Part shown: piece after piece, positions 17,097 to 25,618 of the stretch
Position numbering within the stretch: the stretch's first letter is position 1
Layout of the letters: each line of letters opens with the position of its first letter
Sequence record: OR620964.1
Direction: 5' to 3' (one strand)
Length of the DNA stretch: 64,000 nucleotides
Notes under the pieces: generated by a model
What the model was told of the DNA's origin: nothing
The model's input: only the letters and a program-made list of their open reading frames with translations
Database searches by the model: none
Position numbers and translations under genes: made by a program

Positions 17097-17366
17097 ATGA
17101 AAAGTGTATTAATCCGTCTACGTGAAAAAGATTCCATTATTGGCGTTAGTGCTAATACTCTTGACCGTTTGTGTCGTACTATGGGCTTGAACAAGACAGA
17201 AGTAACGCACTTAGCACTACGCAAAATGGCAGAACTGTGGAACATCGTAGAACCAGAACCTTGGTACGAGGCGGACGATGGTCCTTTCACGGAACAACAA
17301 TGGGCGGAAATCAAAAAGCACTCACTGGATATTCCAGATGAGCGTGTTACGAATAGGCTATTCTAA
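17097..17366 (+). CDS. ribbon-helix-helix antitoxin-like protein (orphan)
   Basis: VLIRLR strand, two helices LDRLCRTMGLNKTEVTHLALRKMA, acidic tail YEADDGPFTEQQW. Confidence 0.55.
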   Translation: MKSVLIRLREKDSIIGVSANTLDRLCRTMGLNKTEVTHLALRKMAELWNIVEPEPWYEADDGPFTEQQWAEIKKHSLDIPDERVTNRLF

Positions 17367-17461
17367 AAGCAGTCGGACATGGACGTCCTTTAGGAGTAGT
17401 GAATACTGGAATGCAAATCACGTAAGGAGTGTCCGTGCTAAAAGCCAACAACAATAATCCC

Positions 17462-17842
17462 ATGTCTAAGGTAGAGAAAGAGAAAGCGATTGATCTACTA
17501 ATGTCAAATCGCATTCATTACGAGAATGGTTATATTCGCCGTGCTCGTGGTGAGAATACGTTAGACAGCTATATCTTTCATATGTCAGAGATCCGCAACC
17601 TGCATATCCTACGCGTAGCAGAGAATAGCATTAGTATCCAGATCGATCTAAAATCTGGCAACGAGAAGTTTACGTTTAATGTGATTGATAATAGTCCTAA
17701 GCATACGCAGGGCTTGGGCTGGCCTATCGATTATATTAATGATGTTGTCCAATTAGCCAAAGCCATCCTAGACCTTCGCGATGCCTCACTAGGGTTGAAT
17801 AAGGCAAACTATTCGGAGCGTTGCTTTGATACAACCATTTAA
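17462..17842 (+). CDS. hypothetical protein
   Basis: 126-aa ORF from ATG 17462 (alternative GTG 17429 behind AAGGAG). Confidence 0.7.
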   Translation: MSKVEKEKAIDLLMSNRIHYENGYIRRARGENTLDSYIFHMSEIRNLHILRVAENSISIQIDLKSGNEKFTFNVIDNSPKHTQGLGWPIDYINDVVQLAKAILDLRDASLGLNKANYSERCFDTTI

Positions 17843-17963
17843 AGTATGCTATCACTGTCTTGCTGTGTACAACATACTCACTGCTCCAAAGACCAAAACA
17901 AAGGGCCTTAAGCAGAAAGAGCCAGCTTGCCCTACTTGCGGTAGTAAGTTGTATTTCTCATAA
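17826..17963 (+). CDS. small zinc-ribbon protein (45 aa), missed by the ORF track
   Basis: TTG start 7 nt after GGAG; MIQPFKVCYHCLAVYNILTAPKTKTKGLKQKEPACPTCGSKLYFS with two CxxC. Confidence 0.6.
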   Translation: MIQPFKVCYHCLAVYNILTAPKTKTKGLKQKEPACPTCGSKLYFS

Positions 17964-17964
17964 T

Positions 17965-17976
17965 ACTGTAAATATA
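17965..17976 (+). promoter_or_regulatory. partial copy of the putative promoter motif
   Basis: ACTGTAAATATA, intergenic, upstream of ORF 18005. Confidence 0.45.
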
Positions 17977-18004
17977 CAGAAGAGAAAGTACAGAGGAATA
18001 AACA

Positions 18005-18370
18005 ATGGAAGTAGTAGTTATTGATAAGCGTACACCTAATGAGTTACGCTACAGATTTCAAACTGATAATATAGGAAATATTGGTGCACGTAATGCCGCA
18101 CGAATTGATAACCTGCTAGGTGATGCTATGTTTGAGGCAGCATTTAAGTGTGGTATTGGAAAGGACTTCAAAGTAACGGTGTACAGTGATATCAATACAA
18201 TGCTTAAAGCATCTAATGGGGCTGAGTATCATATGTTTGATATTGCTGGGCCTGAACCAATGACTCCTGACCAATTGGCATCACGCGCATACCATCTGAT
18301 GCGGCAGGATAATTGTGTTGGTCTCGTATACGATCTCATGATTGGCCGCTGGTACTTGAGTTCTTTCTAA
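18005..18370 (+). CDS. hypothetical protein
   Basis: 121-aa ORF, GAGG RBS. Confidence 0.75.
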   Translation: MEVVVIDKRTPNELRYRFQTDNIGNIGARNAARIDNLLGDAMFEAAFKCGIGKDFKVTVYSDINTMLKASNGAEYHMFDIAGPEPMTPDQLASRAYHLMRQDNCVGLVYDLMIGRWYLSSF

Positions 18371-18538
18371 GGAAAATTCAGATGCTAGCTAAATTAAAGG
18401 TATGCGTCGAGCCACGGACTCCTCCCGATCCGCTACATCCAAAGTATTAGTATCAAGTAACTGAGTATCGCATATGCTGTACTCCAAACCAGTGATGGGC
18501 ACGGACGTGACCTATCCTAATTCCAAAAGGAATGTAAT

Positions 18539-19150
18539 ATGCAACAAACGTATAAAGAACACACATCGTATAGTTCTGCTTTCGCAATTGGCGAACATGC
18601 CATGATGGTACTGTCTAAGATTGATGACCATGAATGGCCTTTGGGTCAGATCGTAGGCGTTAACTATTCCCGTTACGGAATGTCCTACGATGTTGCGCCT
18701 CTTATTCTTGATGGCAGCCCTGAACAAGATATTATTGTTCACACTAAGTTACCTTTCTACGGCATTGTTGAAGAACGCCTTGCTATTCTTCCGACAACTG
18801 GCCTATCGGATAAGATGAAAGCCATAGTAGAAGAAGCGTCCTTATGGAATGTTCCTACTCCGCCCAACTCCCGTTATGATATAGGGGATCTTGTTCGTAT
18901 CGATTTTCAAATTTCTGATCAAGGACGTGGACGTTTCAGCGTACCAGTCCTTATCTATTCTGTTGGATACTCCGAAGGTACTGTGACATATGGGGTATCC
19001 ATTGACCGTAGTCTATACGCAGGTACAAAAGGATGGGACAATCTGTATGAGCGTATGGCTAAGGATTGTTACGACAACATTGATTGTGTTTTGATAGAGC
19101 CTGTTCGTGGCTGGACTACGCAATCAACTGCTGTTGATACTGTGGCCTAG
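18539..19150 (+). CDS. hypothetical protein with two SH3/KOW-like internal repeats
   Basis: FAIGEHAMM..GQIVGVNYS..SYDV and YDIGDLVRI..LIYSVGYS..TYGV. Confidence 0.7.
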   Translation: MQQTYKEHTSYSSAFAIGEHAMMVLSKIDDHEWPLGQIVGVNYSRYGMSYDVAPLILDGSPEQDIIVHTKLPFYGIVEERLAILPTTGLSDKMKAIVEEASLWNVPTPPNSRYDIGDLVRIDFQISDQGRGRFSVPVLIYSVGYSEGTVTYGVSIDRSLYAGTKGWDNLYERMAKDCYDNIDCVLIEPVRGWTTQSTAVDTVA

Positions 19151-19185
19151 TAACTTGACTTGGTGACTATCTGATAAACTAACCC

Positions 19186-19214
19186 AATGGGCGGCCTTCG
19201 GGTTGCCCATTTTT
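19186..19214 (+). terminator. intrinsic terminator
   Basis: AATGGGCGGCC-TTCG-GGTTGCCCATTTTT. Confidence 0.88.
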
Positions 19215-19230
19215 CGTTAAGGTACATACA

Positions 19231-19551
19231 GTGACAAAAGAAACATTGCACGACTGCAAAGATATTGATGATAGTTCTGTTCGTCTATTCATGGATCGTT
19301 GGTGGGAAATGGTAACAGGTGATAGTGAGCCTTACCAACTACAAATGCCTGAGGCTGTACGCGTATTTTTGATCTCTGTTGGTTATACAGAGCAACAGTT
19401 GGATAGCATGAAGATCGTTGGCGTATCCTCTCCAATAGCTGAAGGTGCTGACACAGAGTATGCCATGACAATAGCTGTTAATCCACCACCAACAAACAAA
19501 CAGATAGTTATTGTGTGGGACACGATCTCCAGAATGCAAATCAAGCAATAA
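19231..19551 (+). CDS. hypothetical protein
   Basis: 106-aa ORF, GTG start after AAGG. Confidence 0.65.
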   Translation: MTKETLHDCKDIDDSSVRLFMDRWWEMVTGDSEPYQLQMPEAVRVFLISVGYTEQQLDSMKIVGVSSPIAEGADTEYAMTIAVNPPPTNKQIVIVWDTISRMQIKQ

Positions 19552-19676
19552 CTTTGTACTTACTCAAGGCAACAGTTAACCTAATGCCAGATACTGGCAC
19601 CGTATGTTCTATTCATAGTGAGCACGGTATCCTGCATCTAAGAAAGTATATACCAGACTTGATATAGGAGCGATAC

Positions 19677-20009
19677 ATGCAAGATGATAATAAGTTTACT
19701 GTTCTCCGACTACAGTTTATCGAAGCTGCTTTCATTGTGTTTGGTATTATGAATAGAAACATGATTTGCGGTACGTTTGGTGTATCTGCAATAACTGCTT
19801 CCAGAGATATGTCTAAGTACCTATCACTCAATCCAGGCGTTGCATATAATCTTTGTACAAAGCAATGGGAGAAACAAGATTCCTTTGTACCAACTGCCAA
19901 TCTGCTTACAATGAATGCTGATACATTCATCATGAGAGTCGAACAACTATTTGATATTAAACTTGCAGTTGTTCCTGTCCGTACACAGCTTAGGGTTATA
20001 CAGAAATGA
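19677..20009 (+). CDS. stand-alone winged HTH resembling the N-terminal domain of CapW/BrxR WYL regulators
   Basis: RLQFIE...FGIMNR..I...FGVSAITASRDMSKYLSLNPG..YN...KQW....SFVP follows the RL.FI....G..NR..l...FG.S...AS.D...Y..L.P....Y.......F.P pattern; no WYL domain in 110 aa. Confidence 0.7.
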   Translation: MQDDNKFTVLRLQFIEAAFIVFGIMNRNMICGTFGVSAITASRDMSKYLSLNPGVAYNLCTKQWEKQDSFVPTANLLTMNADTFIMRVEQLFDIKLAVVPVRTQLRVIQK

Positions 20010-20521
20010 AAATAAATGAAGATAGGCGTATCATAGTATTAGACTCTGCTATGTTTGATACTCTAATGCATTATGCTAATATCGGGGCCGAGGAAGCTGG
20101 TAACACAGATGTAATTGAAAGCATCAAACGCCATGCATCAAAATTTAACTTGGCTGTTAAGCAAGAAAGAGCGAAAGAAAGAAAAGAGATAAGCATGGAT
20201 AGAATAGAGCATGGCCGCATGAAGAAACGAATGATGCGAATGCTTACCAATCGAACTATCGTCACGTTCGATACCGTTGATGGGTGTCCGAGTGTACGAA
20301 CAGAACATCGTGTATTCTATTATCTAGACCACACTAGCATGACAGCATCACCTATACGTATCTCATGGAACAAGTCGGCAGCATCAAGACTCTTGGTACC
20401 CTTCCGTTATATAAATACTGCTACTGCGGAACGGTATTTAGGTTATTCCAGTGTGTCTCACGTCAAGAATATTGTAGAGACACTTGAAGAAGTACCCGAA
20501 TCGTTTAAGGTGGTAGAATGA
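20006..20521 (+). CDS. hypothetical protein
   Basis: 171-aa ORF, ATGA overlap. Confidence 0.7.
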   Translation: MKINEDRRIIVLDSAMFDTLMHYANIGAEEAGNTDVIESIKRHASKFNLAVKQERAKERKEISMDRIEHGRMKKRMMRMLTNRTIVTFDTVDGCPSVRTEHRVFYYLDHTSMTASPIRISWNKSAASRLLVPFRYINTATAERYLGYSSVSHVKNIVETLEEVPESFKVVE

Positions 20522-20940
20522 AAGCACTTGCCATAAAGCAGCCCTGGGCTTGGCTCATTGTTCATGGATTCAAACCAGTAGAAAACAGAACTTGGGCAAC
20601 AAAGCACAGAGGTAAATTTCTTATCCATGCCTCAGCGTCTCGTCCTAGTGTATCTGATTATGAAATAGCTAGAGATATCTACCTACGGTCTAACTTACGT
20701 AATACAGTAGCGCGTTTCCCCGATCGCGATGCATTCGAGTTAGGTGGGATAGTTGGTATTGTTGACCTTGTTGATATTGTTACAGACCACATTAGTCCTT
20801 ACTTCTTTGGGCCTATTGGATTCGTTCTGGATAAGGCCAAGCCGTGTGAGCACATACCACTGAAAGGCAAACTCAACTTCTTCCCTACGGATATTGAAGA
20901 AGAAGACCTTGTTATATCAAGGAAGAGAGTGCGCAAATAG
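20518..20940 (+). CDS. ASCH domain protein
   Basis: MKALAIKQPWAWLIVHGFKPVENRTW...RGKFLIHAS; GGIVG; GKLNFF. Confidence 0.92.
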   Translation: MKALAIKQPWAWLIVHGFKPVENRTWATKHRGKFLIHASASRPSVSDYEIARDIYLRSNLRNTVARFPDRDAFELGGIVGIVDLVDIVTDHISPYFFGPIGFVLDKAKPCEHIPLKGKLNFFPTDIEEEDLVISRKRVRK

Positions 20941-20976
20941 GCAGTTGCAATTAACAAGTAACGATGAGGCAATAAC

Positions 20977-21807
20977 ATGTCAGACGCATTGAAACAACAG
21001 GCAGTCGTAAAGTTTTATACTGGTACAGAGAATCCAATCCTTAAATGGAATAAGAATGAGTGGGTTATTGAAGGTGACCGTGAGGATGCGGAACTGCTAG
21101 CCGAATGTATTAACAAGCTAATAGCCCTAACTACACCTGAATCTGTGATATCTGCTGTCAGGTATAGCAGTGGTTGGATAGACGATTACCAGGATGGAGG
21201 TCATCGCTGCTGTAAAGCAGAACCAGATGGTGATCTAGTTGACTATCATGTGCTAGAATCTGCTGTGGTCATGCTTAAACATGCAGAAGATCGTGTACGA
21301 GAGTTAACTCTTCAGGTACAAGCATTGAAACAGACTCCAGTGGTAGACACAGTGCAGCCTACTGATTTATCAGATGCAGGTACTATGCGTAAGCTCGATC
21401 ACGTACTCCCAAGGACACAGGATGTGATCAATATCCGACATTTGCTAACACAGGATGTGATCAATATCCGACATTTGCTAACACTGGCTCGATGTTTATA
21501 TACATGTACGCCGGAAGCGCTATCAGCAATGGGGCCTTCTGTGCAGAGGCAGCGCTCGGTAAGTTTCTCGGATATCCCTGCCATGTTAGCAGAGTATAAA
21601 GCGCCTAGTGCCTTACTATTGGTAGGTCAATATGTTAAACGCACTGTGCGCCATACAGACTTGTATACCCTTCGTGGGGAGGCAGCAGGTTATGTAAACC
21701 CAGTATTAAGTCATGATGTTACCCTGGTACTTGTGTTGGACGGTGAGGTAATGCTGCATATGGTTACTGGTTGGGAAGCTAAACGACTGTCCTCGGAGGG
21801 AGCGTAA
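20977..21807 (+). CDS. hypothetical protein with an in-frame 11-aa tandem duplication
   Basis: 276-aa ORF, GAGG RBS; TQDVINIRHLL x2. Confidence 0.75.
   Translation: MSDALKQQAVVKFYTGTENPILKWNKNEWVIEGDREDAELLAECINKLIALTTPESVISAVRYSSGWIDDYQDGGHRCCKAEPDGDLVDYHVLESAVVMLKHAEDRVRELTLQVQALKQTPVVDTVQPTDLSDAGTMRKLDHVLPRTQDVINIRHLLTQDVINIRHLLTLARCLYTCTPEALSAMGPSVQRQRSVSFSDIPAMLAEYKAPSALLLVGQYVKRTVRHTDLYTLRGEAAGYVNPVLSHDVTLVLVLDGEVMLHMVTGWEAKRLSSEGA
21415..21484 (+). repeat. perfect 33-bp tandem duplication
   Basis: ACACAGGATGTGATCAATATCCGACATTTGCTA x2 plus ACAC. Confidence 0.95.
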
Positions 21808-22133
21808 TGAGTTTTCTAAATAGACTCCGTGCTACAGTAGCATACATGGTCATGACAACTGAGCAAAAGCGTGATCTAGATAAAGCATACTTCTTCGAGC
21901 TTCGGTCACAAGAGGCGTATACTTGGTTATCATCATGGCAGCCTCAGATGTCGGATGCTATTGAGTATCTACGTGTTCGCATAGACCCACCGACCAACGA
22001 TATGTCAGATGAGCGTATGCGCTATCACGTCCCAATAGATCGTTTCCGCGATATGATGGAACGTAAATGGGGAAGAACAAAGCCTTGGACGGACGACTGC
22101 CTGACGTTCGATAAAGAGAAAGGACTCCATTAA
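21807..22133 (+). CDS. hypothetical protein
   Basis: 108-aa ORF, TAATG overlap. Confidence 0.75.
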   Translation: MSFLNRLRATVAYMVMTTEQKRDLDKAYFFELRSQEAYTWLSSWQPQMSDAIEYLRVRIDPPTNDMSDERMRYHVPIDRFRDMMERKWGRTKPWTDDCLTFDKEKGLH

Positions 22134-22217
22134 TAACGCAGTAACCTAATATCAAGGGTGCTTTGAGTTTCTTCTCAACACCAGTCACTATTCATATAGG
22201 CAAGTCAAGGAGATCAA

Positions 22218-22877
22218 ATGATCACAGAACATGAGCAACATGCAGCACAGCAAGTATTAAGCACTCTAGAAATACTGCGTACCATGTCGAAAGAACAAGG
22301 CTTTGAAGTGCGTGAAGACCGTAAAGGTATTATGGGTATTAAATACGGCGGATTCACAGGAAGCCAAGTTTATGAGCATTATACTTTGGCTAAGATGGGC
22401 CTTATCTCGGCCGCGACAGGTACTCCGATGTCTGTAGTCTTCAATAAGAGTCATGGTGTACTGCAACCTATGGTAGACGTCGATAACTTGGACACTATCG
22501 CTAACATGTTCCGTAAGCTGAATAAAGGTCTGAGCGAGTTTGTGTCCGAACAAGATCCTCTTGGTGCGTCTCACATTGTATGGCGTATGCCACCAGCTCC
22601 AGACATCAATGCTAGTGAATCTGAGCGCAGCGCACACGCTATTCTTGAGAACATCTACGAGTCAGGTGCTTTCCGTAACCGTACATTCATGCGTGATCAC
22701 TTCATATACCTGTATCTGACAGATCGTTTCACTTACGTTGTAAACACAGATGATTCCCACGATCGCTATGTTGATATTCCTGCGGATCTAAGTTTGGCTT
22801 TTAATCAGAGCGTCGCACGTATCGTGGCACAGGTAGCAGACGAGATTAAAAAGGCGGCTTCGTGTGCCCTTATGTAA
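22218..22877 (+). CDS. hypothetical protein
   Basis: 219-aa ORF, AAGGAG RBS. Confidence 0.8.
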   Translation: MITEHEQHAAQQVLSTLEILRTMSKEQGFEVREDRKGIMGIKYGGFTGSQVYEHYTLAKMGLISAATGTPMSVVFNKSHGVLQPMVDVDNLDTIANMFRKLNKGLSEFVSEQDPLGASHIVWRMPPAPDINASESERSAHAILENIYESGAFRNRTFMRDHFIYLYLTDRFTYVVNTDDSHDRYVDIPADLSLAFNQSVARIVAQVADEIKKAASCALM

Positions 22878-22902
22878 TACAACAAATCGTATGGATTGAT
22901 CA

Positions 22903-23268
22903 ATGCTTATATTTGGCCCCAGCACAAAGCTCATAAACAGACGTGACGGAATTCCCTATGATATATCAATAGGACGTGATGGCCGCTGGGGAAATAAATA
23001 TCACATGAAAGATAAGTCATTGGCTGAGCGTAACAGGGTATGTGATTTGCACAAAGAGGACTTGTGGCGCGCGATACGTGATGGCTCAATAACACTTTCT
23101 GATTTAGATTCCCTGTATGGCAAGACGCTTGGGTGCTGGTGTGTTCCGAAAAGATGCCATGGACTGGCGGTAATGGAAGCTGTTGAGTGGGCACATAATC
23201 TTCTGTCTAAGTATGAGCGTATTAGAAAGAAATATAAGAAGAGACGTAAGAAAATAAGGGTGGCCTAA
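22903..23268 (+). CDS. DUF4326 domain protein
   Basis: DISIGRDGRWGNKY, LYGKTLGCWCVPKRCHG. Confidence 0.88.
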   Translation: MLIFGPSTKLINRRDGIPYDISIGRDGRWGNKYHMKDKSLAERNRVCDLHKEDLWRAIRDGSITLSDLDSLYGKTLGCWCVPKRCHGLAVMEAVEWAHNLLSKYERIRKKYKKRRKKIRVA

Positions 23269-23282
23269 TGGCTGCCCTTTTT
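23256..23282 (+). terminator. intrinsic terminator overlapping the DUF4326 stop codon
   Basis: AAGGGTGGCC-TAAT-GGCTGCCCTTTTT. Confidence 0.8.
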
Positions 23283-23336
23283 CATTTCTATCAGCAATCT
23301 GTAAAGATGGATCATATTATAAATGAGGATATAGAA

Positions 23337-23861
23337 ATGAAGCCTAAGACAGGAAGGAAGTTCCTACATGCCGCAAGCCACTCTCTTGATGCCATAGGAT
23401 GGAAGGTTAAAACACATCACGTATCTGGTTATGCATCTGGTAGCTTTGCTCTTACTATAGGCTATAGTTCTATCTGTATTCATACGCTGGACTATTATGA
23501 GGTTGAGCGACCCGACTTGCTGTATGTGCAAAAGCTGGATAAGATTCTAAATGCCATTCAATCATTTAGACAAGTAATGGGAACCAGAGAGATTTCCTCG
23601 CAGTGTGAGTGGCTGAATAGTGAACGTAGTGGCGCCACAGGATGTATCGCATTCTACAATGATACAGTCAGCGAGAACAAGATGGTTTTCTTTGAGATCA
23701 GTAGCTGTACAAACACTATCCGCCTATCTATATTTGATTTCAAGGCATATGAATTCAATAGACTGGATAGGCTGCTGGTACGTATCCATGATGAATTGGT
23801 CAGGCATCGTAGTGCCATGCAGGAAAGGATCGACTATATAGATTCTACAAGAAAACTGTAA
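23337..23861 (+). CDS. hypothetical protein
   Basis: ATG 23337 behind GAGG (the track start 23268 lies inside the terminator loop). Confidence 0.7.
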   Translation: MKPKTGRKFLHAASHSLDAIGWKVKTHHVSGYASGSFALTIGYSSICIHTLDYYEVERPDLLYVQKLDKILNAIQSFRQVMGTREISSQCEWLNSERSGATGCIAFYNDTVSENKMVFFEISSCTNTIRLSIFDFKAYEFNRLDRLLVRIHDELVRHRSAMQERIDYIDSTRKL

Positions 23862-23873
23862 ATATAGAGTATA
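23852..23873 (+). promoter_or_regulatory. putative phage promoter motif, copy 2
   Basis: AAAACTGTAAATATAGAGTATA identical to 5929-5950. Confidence 0.6.
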
Positions 23874-23911
23874 GAGAGCACTCTGCACTCTACCTAATAT
23901 TGGGGCATATT

Positions 23912-24436
23912 ATGAGCTATTCAATGGTAGTAGACTGGAATATTCGCCTAAAGCCAAACACCCCGAAAGAGGTTATCAGCAAGTTACGTGCGTGGCATAA
24001 GAATCCGCATAACTTTGATCACCTTCTCGATCAGGGTATTGATATAGCGGCCGCACTAGGTGCATATGACTCTGATGGATTCGCTGGTGTTTTACCAGAA
24101 GCAAACTTTATCCATGGTTCAGGAGTTGTGTCCTATATACGTACCAGTGCTAACTTCAAGCACCGTAGAGAAGGCGTGAATAGACTCTTTGGCTTCTTAG
24201 CTTGGCTCGAACCTTGGATCGATCATCGTGACGAAGTTATTGGTATCGTCCGTGGTGAAGATGACCTGTATGAATTAAATGATACGTATTATAGAACTAG
24301 CTTTGCTTATGCTCTATGTAATGAAGAGCCTGAGCCATCAAAGGCGTATTCTGAAATTCGCATCATCAATAACTACCCAGAGATCAAATTCACACGGGGC
24401 GACCTGCATGGTAACTATCCATGGTTGCTCGTATAA
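23912..24436 (+). CDS. hypothetical protein
   Basis: ATG 23912 after GGGG; 174 aa. Confidence 0.75.
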   Translation: MSYSMVVDWNIRLKPNTPKEVISKLRAWHKNPHNFDHLLDQGIDIAAALGAYDSDGFAGVLPEANFIHGSGVVSYIRTSANFKHRREGVNRLFGFLAWLEPWIDHRDEVIGIVRGEDDLYELNDTYYRTSFAYALCNEEPEPSKAYSEIRIINNYPEIKFTRGDLHGNYPWLLV

Positions 24437-24449
24437 TAAGGATTGCGTA

Positions 24450-25052
24450 ATGATGAACCGTAAGCAATACCTTTTGTTAAAGCTAAGTGAGGAAGCTGTC
24501 GAAGTAGCAAAAGTTGCTCAAAAGGCAATGCAGTTTGGCATGGACAGCTTCAACCCAAGTGACGTGAAGCGTGAGACTAACGTAGCCAACCTGCACTCTG
24601 AGCTTAATGACTTGTTAGGCATTGTTAACATGCTTAACGAAGAATTCGGCTTTGAATACGTTATCAATGAGCAAGCACTGCTGGCTAAACGCGATAAGGT
24701 TAATAAATACTATGCTGTATCTCAACGTCTTGGTCAGATAGAGAAAGAGCCTGACAATACAGTTCGTATCAGAGTAGGTAATCAAGTTCACCTAATGCCG
24801 GGACTATTTGCAGCACCAGAAATACCTAAGCCTGTGAAGAACGCTATGTACGTCCGACGTGATGGAACCAAAGAAGGTTTCGTTATCGTCTATTGCGCAG
24901 GATATGAACGTGAGACAATGATAGTCAAATGTTTTACGGAAAAAGGATGGCAACTGCAAGACCAGCATCGTTGGTGGGATCAGGTGTATTACGATTTTGA
25001 GCGCGTAGACAACTACCCTGAATGGGCGTCTATTGTGGAGAGTGGTCGATGA
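24450..25052 (+). CDS. MazG-like nucleotide pyrophosphohydrolase domain protein with C-terminal extension
   Basis: KLSEEAVEVAKVAQKAMQFG...LHSELNDLLGIVNML...KRDKVNKY; ATG 24450 after AAGGA. Confidence 0.7.
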   Translation: MMNRKQYLLLKLSEEAVEVAKVAQKAMQFGMDSFNPSDVKRETNVANLHSELNDLLGIVNMLNEEFGFEYVINEQALLAKRDKVNKYYAVSQRLGQIEKEPDNTVRIRVGNQVHLMPGLFAAPEIPKPVKNAMYVRRDGTKEGFVIVYCAGYERETMIVKCFTEKGWQLQDQHRWWDQVYYDFERVDNYPEWASIVESGR

Positions 25053-25618
25053 CAAAGACAGAATTGATTGAATCTAAGGATTGGATTAACCACTGGCGGA
25101 TAATAGAGCTTGTGTATGAAACGCAAGAGAAGCGGCGTATTGCACAGGAGCAAAAACTTGCTATCTGTGGTAGTATTATTGGAAGAAGAACTCAGGTAGC
25201 GCTGGAATTTCTAAAGCATCTTAGTCAAGCACCGATTACTGCACGGGACCGTGTACGTAAGGAGAAAGAACTTGTGCTTGCTTCTCTACCATCTTATTCT
25301 GACTGGCATAGAACACCGATATTCATATCAGGTACATCCGTAGCAGATGAATCAATCTCTATAGAACGTGGTAATGAGATTCTTTCCGAGATTGATTATA
25401 AGCAGGATTGGATACTACGCCAGTTAAATGGAAATGGTTTGAGGCCGGTAGATATTCATGCAGAGCTAGAGACACTAGCACAGCAACCCCAATCGTATCG
25501 TGAGCCGCAGTCGTATCAGCACCAAAAGGGCAATCGCATTCTAACACAACAGCGGTCTCACAAGAAACCTCCAATACAGCAACAACGTATGCTAAGAAAA
25601 ATAGGCCGTGGACGATGA
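25049..25618 (+). CDS. hypothetical protein
   Basis: ATG 25049, ATGA overlap, GGAG RBS. Confidence 0.7.
   Translation: MTKTELIESKDWINHWRIIELVYETQEKRRIAQEQKLAICGSIIGRRTQVALEFLKHLSQAPITARDRVRKEKELVLASLPSYSDWHRTPIFISGTSVADESISIERGNEILSEIDYKQDWILRQLNGNGLRPVDIHAELETLAQQPQSYREPQSYQHQKGNRILTQQRSHKKPPIQQQRMLRKIGRGR

Noticed and set aside
21415-21484. Repeat as a CRISPR remnant
   Set aside because: Adjacent copies with no spacer, in frame within a CDS; no CRISPR array or cas gene seen anywhere in the window
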